From Octopus sinensis (Eukaryota): DNA of 64,000 nucleotides. This document shows positions 39,685-53,218 of the stretch, piece by piece. A program made the translations under genes and the position numbers. Positions within the stretch are counted from its first letter, which is position 1; each line of letters begins with the position of its first letter. The notes beneath the pieces were generated by a model that worked only from the letters and a program-made list of their open reading frames with translations, was not told the origin of the DNA and searched no databases. Location of the stretch: contig NC_042998.1 in assembly GCF_006345805.1 (NCBI RefSeq), forward strand, positions 143,406,001-143,470,000. Direction: 5' to 3'.

Positions 39685-39918
39685 TCACGAGTCTTACCGA
39701 CACATAAGGGCCGGTTTCTCGGTTTCATGGCGTATGAATTCCCAAGCTGGGCGGGACGCTGGTCTCTCATAGTATTACTTATTTTTGTCAGCTGAGTGGA
39801 CTGGAGCAACGTGAAATGCAGTGTTTTGCTCAAGAACACAATGCGTTGCCCGCTCCAGGAATCGAAACCACTGTCTTACAATCATGAGTCCAACACCCTA
39901 ATCACTACGCCACCTCCA
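39685..39918 (-). mobile_element. SINE family D
   Basis: Head GGTTTCGATTCCTGGAG, body GTTCTTGAGCAAAACACTGCATTTCACGTTGCTCCAGTCCACTCAGCTG, family D-type tail. Confidence 0.75.
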
Positions 39919-40146
39919 CAATAATAAATTGGTATATAGCATTGAGAATCCCCGAAATGGAAGAAATGCATCTGTCGTTCTCGCGAGTCAATACTGCAGT
40001 AAGGTTTGCCTCGCTCAAATATACAGATCTTGCGTTTTTAAGACAACATATCTATGAAAAACTTTTCGCTCGAGAAAAACCACAGCGTCATGCCTTTCAA
40101 CGCTGTTTATACATTTAGCTTGATACACAGATGGTGAAATATAGAA

Positions 40147-40178
<32 letters not shown>

Positions 40179-41163
40179 CTGTAAAGTGGGTGTGTGGATG
40201 TGAGTTTCATTAAATAAACGACAGTGTTCATGTTTCATCTTTTTCATTTTAGATTTTTCATATTTTCTCATTCTCATTTTTTACAGTTGGTTTGGAACAA
40301 TAAAGTTCTTAAATCGATATCCAACGTTTCCAAACCTTCACAGTCACATACTCAAGAATTGACTAGATATGACTTCTGTGTTGTTTCTCCCATATTGTTT
40401 GAACCAATGCAGATGTTTCTGCCATATATATATATGAAGTACAAACTTACGCACGAATGCATACACACATATATGTAACCATTGCTTTTTTTGTGGTGTT
40501 TGTGTGAAACTTCGATTGCTCCCATTCGCGCAGACCAATGAGAAATTATTGATAAACATGTAACATCTTGTGAAAAGAAAGTTCGATTGGTTGGGTGAAT
40601 AGGAAGACTAGTATTCAGACACAGATCAGTGAGTCGATTGCATCGACACCAGTACTTGGCTGGTACTTTATTTTATCGACCCCTAAAAAATGAAAGGTAA
40701 CCTTGACCTTGGTGTAATTTGAACTAAGAAAGTAAAGAACCGAAAAAAACAATCTCCTTGCCTTCTGTCCGACATATCAAAGATCCTTCCAACCTTACTT
40801 TAGCACCTAAAACAACAAATGAAGCCCAGCTCGTAAAGGGCACGAACCGCCGACCTCTCAACCTTTTGGCCACCTACATTTCCGATCTTTTTGTCCAGTA
40901 TTTTACCAAAGACATTCCCGTCATAACCACCACCACTGGCACCCTATGTAAATACATTACTATGGTAAATGAGTCGGTTTCTGGTTAAAAGTCGATGAGT
41001 TAATATGGCTTCCATGTCGTATACCACAATAATTTCTAACCACACCAAAATATAAATGTATAACATAGATTCTTCTTTCAGAAGAAGCCATTCCAGTTCA
41101 TGACTTGCCAAATTCCAATTTTCTGTTACACATAGACATTCGTACCCGAATGTAAAGAAACTA

Positions 41164-41380
41164 ATGCATACCTACCTACCTACCTACCTACCTACCTACC
41201 TACCTACCTACTACCTACCTACCTACCTACCTTCCTACCTACCTACCTCCCTACCTACCTACCTCCCTACCTACATACCTACCTACCTACCTATGTATGT
41301 ATGTATGTATGTATGCATGTATGTATGTATGTATGTATGTATGTATGTATGTATGATATGTATGTATGTATGTATGTATA
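41164..41380. repeat. (CCTA)n-(TATG)n microsatellite
   Basis: Direct reading. Confidence 0.95.
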
Positions 41381-41494
41381 GAGTGTTTGAAGTGATGTAT
41401 GTATGTATAGAGTGTTTGAAGTGATGTACAGATATTATATATTAAGAAAAAGGAGGCTGAATTATACAAAATTCTAACTGCCTCCTTTTTCTTA

Positions 41495-41536
<42 letters not shown>

Positions 41537-41733
41537 ACATATATACATATACACATACATATATATGCGCACACATATAATCACACGTGTGCGCGCGCAC
41601 GCTCTCGCACACACGCACACACACGTATGAAATAAGACGACAGATGTGGTTTTAGTAACACACTTCAACATGGCCGTTGAAGTTTATAATCATAAAACAT
41701 GGTTCCCCTCCACACACACACACATAATAATAA

Positions 41734-41804
<71 letters not shown>

Positions 41805-42038
41805 ATAATAATAATAATAAGTAAAATGAAAAAAATTAATTAGGTGTGGTTGTGTGTTCTTGAGTTCAATCCATCTGCGCGTCATTTCTAAAGCTGTGTC
41901 CCACGATGGCCGCAATCTAATAACTGGAACAAATATAACAGGGAAAAGGAAAAGATACATAGTAAAACATAAAACAAAATAATTAGCTGTGATTGCTACG
42001 TGAAATTTCTATTAACCAATCGTTGTCTTCAGTTAGAG

Positions 42039-42586
42039 CAGTATTTCTCAACCAGTGTCCACATGATCCTTGTGAGTCCATATAAGAGTATGTTGTCGAA
42101 ATTTATTTATTAACAGATTTTTTTATACAGTTCCTAATAATATTTAGAATGGACTAAACAGAACGGGAAAAGACATGTGGGCTGGAGAGTCGATGAAGAA
42201 GTCACAGAATATGTGACGAAAGATTTCCTGACAAAGGACATAAAATAAGAACAATAATAAATCTGAATTGAAGAACGAAACTACACGTGTGTATTTGGCA
42301 AAAGTTAAAAAGGAAAATAACCGTCTCGAAATATAACAATATTTGTTCCAACACATGATTTCACACCAGGAATCTTGCAAAACAAATACATAAACGTTAT
42401 ATTTAATTATAAAAATATAATAAAATTTTTTAAACATCGAATGGCTATGAGGATCCGTCTGAGTATATACAAATGAAAGGAGCCCCTCACCGCTCAAGAT
42501 GCTGAGTACGGCTCGTACGCACTTTCGTTTGTCTGCCAGCGGGAGGTAACGCGCCCAAACGCCGCACTAGATGTTGAGAAACACTG
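42039..42586. mobile_element. hAT (Charlie-like) MITE
   Basis: TIRs CAGTATTTCTCAAC / GTTGAGAAACACTG; 8-bp TSD AGTTAGAG vs AGTCAGAG (7 of 8). Confidence 0.6.
42189..42232 (+). ncRNA. Degenerate type I hammerhead (C3 mutated) inside the hAT MITE
   Basis: GTCG-ATGAAGA-A-GTCACA-GAATA-TGTGAC-GAAA-GATT-TC-CTGAC: perfect 6-bp stem II. Confidence 0.5.
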
Positions 42587-42997
42587 AGTCAGAGTTTCAG
42601 AGAAAGAGGCGGTAGGATGAGTTTCCCATCATCCCATCACCAATAAATGAATAAAGAAGGAAAAAAAACGAAAGAAAATTTGGCTCCGGGATTGGTCTAA
42701 GTTCTGAGGGATCTATGTGGATATCCAAGAGGGTCGATAAACACCTGAAACAATTTTTAGCATTAAGGGTACTGAATTATTAGGTAACTGAATCTGAAAA
42801 GCATGGGTAATTTAAGGCTAAAACTCACTCCTTTCCAGCCAAATATCAATGCGATAACTAGTAATCACCAAACACTTATTTCACATCAAATATTCCCACT
42901 ATATCAATATAATATCAATGAATTTTTATTGTTCTTTATTAATTTAATTAAATATTTTCATTAAACTTCCTGAAGTATTTGTTGGTCATCTTACTGA

Positions 42998-43082
42998 GTG
43001 GCACCATGGGCAAGTATCTTCTACTATAGCCTCGGACCGACCAAAGCCTTGCAAGTGGAGACAAAAACTAAAAGGAGCACAT

Positions 43083-43175
<93 letters not shown>

Positions 43176-43405
43176 GCGTTTGTGTGTGTGCGTGTGTCTT
43201 TGTGTGTGTAATCGTTTTCCAATCACCACTTGACAACCGGTGTCGTTGTCTTTACGTTCCCGTAACCCAGCGGTTCGGCAAAAGATAACAATAGAATAAG
43301 TAACAAGCTTAAAAATAAGTACTGGGGTCGATTTCTTCGTCTAAAAATTCTTCAAGGAGGTGTCACAGCATAGCCACATCCAATGACTGAAATAAGCGAA
43401 AGAAT
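42998..43405 (+). mobile_element. SINE family A, 5'-truncated, with a long (TG)n linker
   Basis: GTGGCACCATGGGCAAGTATCTTCTACTATAGCC...CAATGACTGAAAT. Confidence 0.85.
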
Positions 43406-43589
43406 ATGAATGAATGGAATGGAAAACGTGATGTAATTCTTAAAGGTTCATATCGTTGGATCACAACTGAATGTTTCGACCTCTTGGAATACCTCAGGTG
43501 GTGACCAACCAGCTGGAGGCTAATCAATACTTTTCTAATAATTGAGTGCACTCTTCTTATAGATAATTAGGAAGATAGGTAGGTAGTTG

Positions 43590-44110
43590 GTTATGCAGAT
43601 GACTGTCCAGTCTTTCGTTATATATTCAAGACTTCTTCGCAGAACGTATTCTTCTTTTCTTGACACCTGTTTCTATCTAAAGAAATAGGTTTTAAATCTT
43701 ACCTATAACACTCTTAGTTCTGAGGAGACCAAAATGATCGAAGCACATACATACATTATTATGACTGCCCCCTCGTTATCGAGTATGGCCATTGCACGAA
43801 GCTTAACTGTTACTGGTGCTGTGATCGAATGTTACTTTTTAGCCCAGCCAAAGATCTACAATGTCTTGTACACACACATACACACATACACACATACATA
43901 CATACATACATACATACATACATACATACATACATACATACATACATACATACATGCATACATACATACATACATACATACATACATACATACATACATA
44001 CACACATACACACATAGATACATACATACATACCCTGTTGTTGATGTTGAAATTCCAAGGAACCTTGGAGCTAGGTTAGAAACCGGCTCTTTCTCTATTG
44101 GCAAGAAATC
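43590..44110 (+). pseudogene. Highly degenerate L2/CR1-like RT fragment interrupted by (TACA)n
   Basis: YADDCPVFR at about 43590, WCCDRMLLFSPAK and RNLGARLE, in the expected order. Confidence 0.45.
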
Positions 44111-44685
44111 TTGAAATAAAACTGAATAATGACATACATACATACATACATACATACATAAGCGTCGATATTTGTCAGTTTTCTTTCGAAACACGCACGC
44201 CATTTTTGAACGAATGTGTGATTTGCAGGATGTTTGACTTCTATATCTAGCTCATCGAAGGATGAGGACCGCACAGAGTGCTCCTCGCCTCTTTCCTTTG
44301 CTCTGTTTGATGGTATAACAGAGAAATTTCTGTAACGTCCATGTTATGTCTGACATCGTCAATGATTCTCAACGATATCTCGTCTTCTCACGCTACTGTT
44401 GATATAACCTATAATTATACACGTGTACACGTGTGTGTGTGTTGGCTAGATTCATCAGAAGTGCTCGGCGCCAAAGCCCTCTTCCACTGAAAAACAAATA
44501 TAAGTTTTCTAGGTGTGTGCGTGTGTGTGTGTGTGTGTGGAGGGCGCATATATAAACAGGCCTGTATGCAGACACATATATGAATGTACAACCACGTATA
44601 CACGTACATATATACTCATATCTATAATTTCAGAGGTCTCAACCATTAGTGTATAGCAACAATAATACAAAGCAACAAAAAAATA

Positions 44686-44823
44686 ATGAAGAAGAAGAAG
44701 AAGAAGAAGAAGAAGAAGAAGAAGAAGAAGAAGAAGAAGAAGAAGAAGAAAGAAGAAGAAGAAGAAGAAGAAGAAGAAGAAGAAGAAGAAGAAGAAGAAG
44801 AAGAAGAAGAAGAAGAAGAAGAA
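44686..44823. repeat. (GAA)n microsatellite with one phase shift
   Basis: Direct reading. Confidence 0.97.
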
Positions 44824-45639
44824 GGTTAATTAAGATTAAGAAGCAAAAATAATTCATGAATTACTCGTGATGTGTATGTGCATATATATGTATATCAGAT
44901 GGATATATGTGTGTGTTTGGGTGTACATACATATAAATGTATGTATACACACACATAAATATATGTATGTATACAAATGCAAACACGCATATATTTGTTT
45001 CGCAATGAAAGAAATTATCGGGGAAGCAGGGTCGCAATTATTGCCGATAGCATGTCGGTGCTGATGTCTTTCATAATCGCCTTTTTTTATCTATTTCTCT
45101 CTGTTGCTACTTCTTTTCTAAATCTTATCTATAACACTAAGCATTGTATTAATTCTGATGAGATTTAAATGATCGAAAGACATATATACGTATTTGGTAG
45201 ATTATTTTTAGGAACAACCCTGTCATTTCTGAACGAATCTTTTCCAAACTTTGCACACAGGCCTAAAATCATTTCAAAAGAAAGTATACGGGAAAAAATT
45301 CTTGGTTTCGATTCCCATCTGAAGTAAAATCTGAAGGATTCAGGAAAAGAGATTTTGATAGCGATAATAGCGTGGGAGCAGAGAATTATTTGTGCGAAGG
45401 AAAAGAAAGTTGTCAATTTCTGACATCAAAATAAGGTTTTCTTATTCTTTCATTTTCTCTTTAATTACCTTGTTTTGTCAACTATTCCTCCTCCTCCCTC
45501 TCCTTCCATCTCTCTTTCTCATCACATATACGCACGTGTGTTTTGTATTGTATATTCTGGAGCCCTGTAGTTATTAACAAATTCATCATTTAAAAATCAT
45601 ATCTTTGAAAAATTTGTACACAGTTTCAAATACTATGGA

Positions 45640-46620
45640 AAGGTAGGAAATAATCTATTCTTTAACCGAGAGTCTCAGATGAAAGTTCTGTGAAACATGT
45701 TGCTCTCATACGTTCGGTTTGGCCTTCACCAGAATCCCTGTTTCCTCAGATCCTTTACCAATATTGCATACAGAATTGGCATTGCATGTGTGGCAGTTTA
45801 AAAGCAAAGCAAGTAGTCTTGATAGTCGTGAGTAAAGTTGCAGCAATTCTTAATGAAACCACTGCAAAAGCAATTTGCTTGAAGGGACGAAAATTTAGCA
45901 GAAATTTGGTTGACCAAAAAGTTCTGCCTGTTCCACTAGAAGCATCAAGGAAGAACTATTTCTTCCAAGCCTGTTGACCTTAATTAACTGATCTTTGTAT
46001 GAGCAATTTTTCTAACCTGGAATCAGAAGTAATACTGGTGGACATACTGTCCAGGAATGTCATAGTTGGTTGTTTGAAGAATCTCTTAAATGAGAGTTGC
46101 AGCTTCAGCTCGTACAGAAGCTGTCCTCACTGTTCAAAATCTTCTTCAAGCCATGGACTGTCCAGTATTCTCTGTGAAAATCAATGTTTGCTATTGTAAG
46201 TTAGTTTACATAGCTGAAGTAAATCTTAGGTGCAGGGATTTCGAAACTCGTGTCTGTTACAGTATATCTTCCGTCATACTCTTCTGCTGAATATACCAAA
46301 GTTGCCGACGATTGGATGGTGACCAGGGACAGAAAATCATAACAAAATAGCTCCACATCTTACTTGGTGAATGCGGGGCTGCAGCTTCTTCCAAACAACT
46401 ATTCCAGTCAGATCGTCTTCTAAGTGACATCTCGGGTAAACTTCGCAGTATATTGGACAGACATACAAATCAAGCAACTGATTTGAGATCCTGGAATGAG
46501 GTTGGGTCATGAACATTGTGCAGAAATTGTATCAGATTTAAATTGGCTAATAACATACCACGGTTAAGAATCTAATCTTCAGAAAGTTGGTAAGTGGTTT
46601 CAAATGGTGCGGATGATATA
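45640..46620 (-). mobile_element. Helitron RepHel relic (Pif1-like helicase N-terminal region), with many stops and frameshifts
   Basis: FLHNVHDPTSFQDLKSV (46475-46526), LEDD...WNSCLEEAA, Walker A-like FFLDASSGTGRTF (45918-45955), IAFAVVSLRIAATLL...FKLP. Confidence 0.85.
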
Positions 46621-46845
46621 AAATAATTTATTCTTTCATTATTTGTATATTTCAGTAAAATCAGAAATATAATGAAGGAAATTATACAAACTAATCAAAT
46701 AAATATATATACTCAAAAGATTAGCCAAATATATAATGAAATAAATATCAATATACATAATCAATAAAGAAAACACATGATGTTCAGTATTTTAGTAAAC
46801 ATTAAACCAACTATGTACTCTCACAGGCACATATAAGCGTATATA

Positions 46846-46904
46846 TTCTTTTACTCTTTTATTTGTTTCAGTCATTTGACTTCGGCCATGCTGCAGCACT
46901 GCCT
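46846..46904 (-). mobile_element. SINE family A / CR1-type 3' tail only
   Basis: GGCAGTGCTGCAGCATGGCCGAAGTCAAATGACTGAAAC plus an A-rich end. Confidence 0.75.
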
Positions 46905-46929
46905 TATTAAAATAGTGCATGTATATATA

Positions 46930-46970
<41 letters not shown>

Positions 46971-47034
46971 AAGTGTGTGTGCGTGTGTGACTACGTGTAT
47001 ATATGTCTCCCCCTCTCTCTCATATATATATATA

Positions 47035-47065
<31 letters not shown>

Positions 47066-47624
47066 CATACATACATGCATACATACATACATACATACAT
47101 ACATACATACATACATAGGAATTATTTTGGGGATTGAAAATGCATCTGGGTCTTAATATAAACTGTAGTTTTTTTTTAATTTTAAAAATTTATTAAAATA
47201 TATACAGGTTTCAAAAGCGGTTTTGTTTTTCAATGGTAAAATAAAAGATAAGAAACACGATAAAGTCTCAATGAGAAAAGAATGCTCAGGAGAAAATTCC
47301 ATTGCGATAAAACGTTAAAAAAACGTGAAAAAGAAAAGCCAAAAGTTTGATAGGATTTTCCCTTCAGGCAACACGACAGAACTTGTCATACATTATTTTC
47401 TTATTCTTTAAAATCTTCGTCATATCTAATTGTTAACATAACGTATTGCTTTGGAAACCTACTTACCTTCCAAATTTCTATCATACATTATTATCATGTA
47501 ATTCATCGAACATTTGAACTTCCATTATTTTATTATTGCTGTCAAAACCTGTTGAATACTTGAAGTTTCATCAAGAAATTTTCTAATCAAACGCGCAAAA
47601 ACATAGTAATGAGGTAAGACGTTT

Positions 47625-47856
47625 GCGGCGAGCTGGCAGAAACGTTAGCACGCCGGGCGAAATGCGTAGCCGTATTTCGTCTGCCGTTACGTTCTGAGTT
47701 CAAATTCCTCCGAGGTCGACTTTGCCTTTCATCCTTTCGGGGTCGATAAATTAAGTACCATTTACGCACCGGGGCCGATGTAATCGACTTAATCCGTTTG
47801 TCTGTCCTTGTTTGTCCTCTCTATGTTTAGCCCCTTGTGGGCAATAAAGAAATAAG
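47625..47856 (+). mobile_element. SINE family B variant with a Tx1-like 3' tail
   Basis: Family B head and middle; tail TGTTTAGCCCCTTGTGGGCAATAAAGAAATAA differs from the other B copies. Confidence 0.85.
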
Positions 47857-48108
47857 GTTGCTTCCCAACCACATGGTTCTAGGTTCAGAACCACTGTGTG
47901 GCACCTTCGTCAAGTATTTTTCACTATAGCCCCGAGTCAACAAAAGTCTTGTGGGTGGATTTGGTAGTCGGAAACTGAAATAGGCGCGTCGTAAATGTGT
48001 ATGTGTATGTGTGTATGTGTGTGTGTGTGCGCGCGCGCATGCGCATGCGTATGTGTGTTTGTGTGTGCTTGTCTTTGTGTTTGTGTTTGTCGCCCACCAT
48101 CGCTTGAC
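47857..48108 (+). mobile_element. SINE family A, head-truncated, abutting the family B copy
   Basis: GCTTCCCAACCACATGGTTCTAGGTTCAG...CCATCGCTTGACAA. Confidence 0.8.
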
Positions 48109-48137
48109 AATATATATATATATGTGTGTGTGTGTCA

Positions 48138-48178
<41 letters not shown>

Positions 48179-48180
<2 letters not shown>

Positions 48181-48257
48181 TGAGCGTCCAATATTACTAT
48201 ACTTGTTCCACGTCCTCGCGTTGCTGTGTTTTCTCTTGTGTTTTCATGTTTGGATTA

Positions 48258-48262
<5 letters not shown>
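48179..48262 (+). mobile_element. PLE P1 3'-terminal fragment between TA tracts
   Basis: CCTGAGCGTCCAATA...GGATTAACTT+(TA)n. Confidence 0.8.
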
Positions 48263-48311
<49 letters not shown>

Positions 48312-48386
48312 TATATATTTATGCATATATGTAAGTGCATATATGAATGTAGATGTGTGCGTGTTTGTGTATATGTATGTATATAT

Positions 48387-48730
<344 letters not shown>

Positions 48731-48867
48731 ATACTGCTATGTTTATATATTACAAATGTGTTAGCATGAGTGTGTTAGTATGACTATGTATATACCTATG
48801 TGTACATATATATATATAAAACACATATACATACAGACATACATGTATGCACACACAAATACACACA

Positions 48868-48902
<35 letters not shown>

Positions 48903-49282
48903 ACATATGTATGTGTATATATTGAAGCTGTACTAATCTGACATGTAGCTTTTATGACATCATGTGTTTAGACTAAAATAATTTCAACTTGGTAGAGTCA
49001 TGGCGGCCATTAGAACACACGGACACCATTAGAACACACGGACACCATTATTATAATTTTATTTTGTAATAAAAAGTATATTATTAGGTATTAAAGTGTT
49101 TCGTCGTCTATCAATGCCTTGGTCACTAACACTTCATCTTTATTTCCCAGTAAAACATGAATAACTCGGTGGCCAGTAACTTTCTCACACAATAATATAT
49201 TGTTATTACAAATAACGATAAAATATAAGAGGATGTAACAGTATTTGTCTATTTTAATTGCTGCAATAATACTACAATGATG

Positions 49283-49386
<104 letters not shown>

Positions 49387-49967
49387 TGTGAGTATCTATC
49401 TATCTATCTATCTATCTACCTATATATGTATGTATGTATATATATATATATATATTATATATATAATATATATATATAATATATATATATATATATGTAT
49501 ATGCATATGTAAGTATATATTTATATATATATGTATACACACACACACACACACACACACAAATATGCATATGCGCGTGTGTATGTGTGTATGAACGAAA
49601 CCTGTCCCAAAAGAATCGAACTTTTTATGTATCAAAAAAATATGAACTTAACATTTTCATCAGACTTGTCTTTCCAAACTAGTTCTATCCAATGCAGTTG
49701 CGCTGCTCGAAATATTTTTTCTACGATTTGCTAAGCTCCCTGGAATACATTTTGAGGGGTAATGGGAAGTCTTGTAGTGAATGCTTTCGATCCCTTCCAT
49801 GACCGACCTTTTCTCAGTTCCTTGGAAAAAACAACAACAACAACAAAAAAAGCTATCAGAGGTTAAAATCCGAATTTAGTGTTGCTTGGAGACGAGTGTT
49901 GTTTCGTGATTTGCAGCTGGCCTCAATTTTGTACATAGTACCTGTTTCCTCTCTATGTTGATTGTTG

Positions 49968-50104
49968 AGCAAGTGTTTTCCGCTATAGCCACAGTTTTAC
50001 CAAGCCTTGTGAGTAGATTTGGTAGATGGAAATCGAAAGTAGCCCGTTGTAAATATACATAAACGTGTGTGTGTGTGTGTCTTTGTGTCTGTGTTTGTCC
50101 CCCA
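49968..50104 (+). mobile_element. SINE family A internal fragment
   Basis: GCCTTGTGAGTAGATTTGGTAGATGGAAA...TGTGTTTGTCCCC. Confidence 0.7.
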
Positions 50105-50194
50105 CAACTGAAATCGATAAAAGAATAAAATAATATATATATTTGTAAAAAATGAAGTTCGAAAATGCTGCTGTATTATACAATTTTTAATTTT

Positions 50195-52340
50195 TATATA
50201 TACATTATAACATGTTTCAGTTCCTGAAATGAACCTTATCAAAAAAAGTTATATATAAAAAGAGACAGCTCATGCCGTCAAACACAAGAAATTCATTTAT
50301 AATACACAACGGAGTCAGACATCTTAGAGTTCATGTATAGTTGATATATAGTTCATGTATAGTTGATATATAGTTTGAAGTATATGTTCAAAGTGTTCGA
50401 TGCAGTGGCCCACGGTGGCGATACGTATTCAAAACAGATCAAAGTGGTGGAAAGCGGTCAATACAGAAGATTGATGTTTCCGAAAGAGCGAGGAATTCAT
50501 TTTTACCTTAAGCAATTGTGATGACCCATGGTGGAAGTTCGCTGGGTGGTTCTAGTGATTTTTTGTGAAATGCTTGGTTTTATAATGCCTGTTAGGTGGT
50601 CAATCTAGCGTAGCGTGACGTCATCAATGTTTTGACCAATCGTTTCGTTAGGTGGCTTTAATCAAGTGAAACGGGACGTCATCATTATTTTGACCAATCG
50701 CTGCATTATAACTCCCTCTTGTTTGTTTCCTGTCTTGACCAGTCGCTTCGTTAGTCAAGCATAGCGGGATGTCATCCAGATTCTGCCCAATCACGACTTA
50801 TAGCTACATTAGATCTGCCCCCTGTCTGTACTTGTTAGGTGACTATTCAAGCAGCAAAGGATGTCATCAATATTCTGACTAATGACTGTCCCCTGTTTGT
50901 ATCCTGTCCATTCTAGCAGAGCTAGACGTCATCAACTTGTTGACCAATCAGAATCGGGTCTGACCCTTAGCTGTATCGTATGTATCAGGGTCAGATTTGC
51001 ACGAAAGAATTTTTTTCCCTTTTTTACTAAGGCATATTTCCGTCAGAGTGAGTGTCTGTTTGAAGTAGCGGCCGTGGTGAAATTTGGTTCTCCTTTTCGG
51101 AGGACTTATCTTTTGTTTTAGTATTCCTGGCCCAGGGTGTTTAAACTGGTCTAAATTTTTTTATGAAATAGTTCTTTATTTTGGCGTTGTGTGAAGGTTG
51201 CGTTGTCACTGAATTTATAGAGCGGGTTAGTTGTAAATTTCGGATTTACATTTCCAGCACATCTATCTATGTGTCCGCTGACCGGTATTTTGCGGTAATC
51301 AGGGTTTCTAATTTGTGATTTATGCACCGCCATCCTGTTACGTAAGCTATTTTTTGTATGGCCTATATACTGCCTATTGCAGCCTGCGCATGTTATGACG
51401 TAATTAAGTTTTCTGATGCGCAGGTGAAGTTTGTTCTAATGGTGTACTGGTGGCCTTGTTCCAGTATAAATTCTGATCCTTCTTTCAAGATGACACAGAT
51501 TCCGCAGTTGGGCCTTCCACATTTTCTAACTGCTGGTTTTGTGGTTGATGTTGAGTGCAGTGTAGCTTGGGTAAAATCCTTTTCAAGGATTTTGGTTGCC
51601 GTTTACTTTTAATGATGGTGTGTGTTTCGAGGATCCGTTCATCTTTGGGTCTCCCTTTAGTAGGGCTGTGCTTTGTAGTATGGTGTTGAAGGCCTCATTG
51701 TTGAGTGGGTTGTGTGTAGAGATGTAGGGAAGGGTTTTTAATTGTTCTTTCTTTTTTGGTTTTGTTTGTCTCAGGTCTTCTATACTTAATTTAAGTACCG
51801 TTGGATTGCAACTGTCTATTAGGGGCTGTGGATAGTTTCTATTTGTGAGTGTGGTTCTAAGTTCCTGGAGACGTGTGTGTCGGGTGTTTGTGTCTGATAT
51901 TATGGTGCAAATCCTTCTAGCTAAACAAAAAGGGACATTCATTCTAGTGTGTCGTGGGTGGCATGAATCAAAGGGTAGGTACTGTTTAGAGTCTGTCGGT
52001 TTATAGTAGATATCTGTCTCTATTTTTTTGCCGGTTATCTTAATGATGGATGTCTAAAAATGGTAATTCTTTTTCGTTGTGGTCCATCGTGAATTGTATA
52101 TTGTCATTTATTCCATTTAATAGAATTTTAAATTCCTCAAGTTTCTCTATGCCTTTGTCCCAGATGATGAAACAGTCATCGAGGTATCTTTTCCAGTTGT
52201 TATGGATATAGGTGGCGAAGGTGTTTCCATATTTCTCGAGTGTCATCCGGTATAGTATTTTCTCGAGGTATCCCATCACTAGGTTGGCAAAAGATGGTGC
52301 AATACGCGTGCCCATCGCTGTTCCCGATCTTTGCCTGTAT
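50195..52340 (-). mobile_element. 5'-truncated Penelope-like element (Neptune-type): RT, Cys motif, GIY-YIG and a 3' region of about 0.9 kb
   Basis: GTAMGTRIAPSFANLVM, KRYLDDCF, LPFLD, CGRPNCGIC, YVITCAGCNRQYIG; frameshifted; 5' end in (TA)n. The 3' boundary is inferred. Confidence 0.85.
50616..50949. promoter_or_regulatory. Five fixed-spacing composite motifs GAYGTCATC-N7-TGMCYAAT (CRE/ATF-like site plus CCAAT box)
   Basis: At 50616, 50674, 50767, 50859 and 50924; spacers and flanks differ between copies. Confidence 0.6.
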
Positions 52341-52400
52341 ATATATATATATATATATATTATACATACATACACACGCACACATATACACACACATATA

Positions 52401-52744
52401 TCTTTTATTTTATCGTCTACTTGTTTTACTCACTAGATTGCGCCCTTGCTGGGGCACCGCCTTGAAATCTTGAGTCGAATGAAGTGATCTCAGTGCTGTT
52501 GTTCCTTTTTAAAGCTTGGTACTTATTTCATCAGTTTTTTTTAATGCCGAACCGTTAGGCTACGAGGACGTAAATATACCAACACTGGTTGTCAAGCGGT
52601 GGTGAAGGACAAACTCAGACACAAATACCCTTCCTCGACCCACATATATATAAGACATCTGCCAGAGATGTCGTGCAGTGGGACTGAACGGGAAAACGTG
52701 GTTGGGAAGAAAAACGTCTTAACCACACAATCACGCCTGCGCAT
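52401..52744 (-). mobile_element. SINE family A, diverged
   Basis: Tail, body and head (GTGGGACTGAAC). Confidence 0.75.
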
Positions 52745-53156
52745 ATAATATATATATATATAACACACTTATGAACACACACACACAAACATCCACACTC
52801 ATATGCATGCGTATAAATATTTACTTATTTTCACCGTTTTCTCCCTCTTAAGTCCTTCTCGCCCACCTCTTCTTTTCACTTAGATTCACATTAAAATCAA
52901 TTATGCGTGCAAAGAAATAGGTCTCCCTCTCTCTCACTCGCCACCTTTATTATTTACTCTCTCAGTTACTTTTTTGTTCCCCTTCCTTCTTGCTTCATCT
53001 CCTCCTCCTCCTCACCGTCTTCTTTTTTTTTCCCCTTTCTTTTACACTAAGCTTCGCTGATGCAATATCATAGAGCTGTATGTAACAACCACACTGCACT
53101 CAGATATGAGTCACATTGAAATAGGTGACATTCGCGCAGACAACACATCACAACAA

Positions 53157-53218
<62 letters not shown>

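Noticed and set aside
40758-41040. Possible degenerate Tx1 C-terminus on the minus strand
   Set aside because: Similarity is too weak to support
44649-44852. Poly-E/poly-R ORF
   Set aside because: A (GAA)n tract with one phase shift
49006-49050. Short direct repeats (19 bp here; also about 41375, 50330, 53395 and 58570) as CRISPR-like arrays
   Set aside because: Only two adjacent copies with no spacers or cas genes; these are slippage duplications
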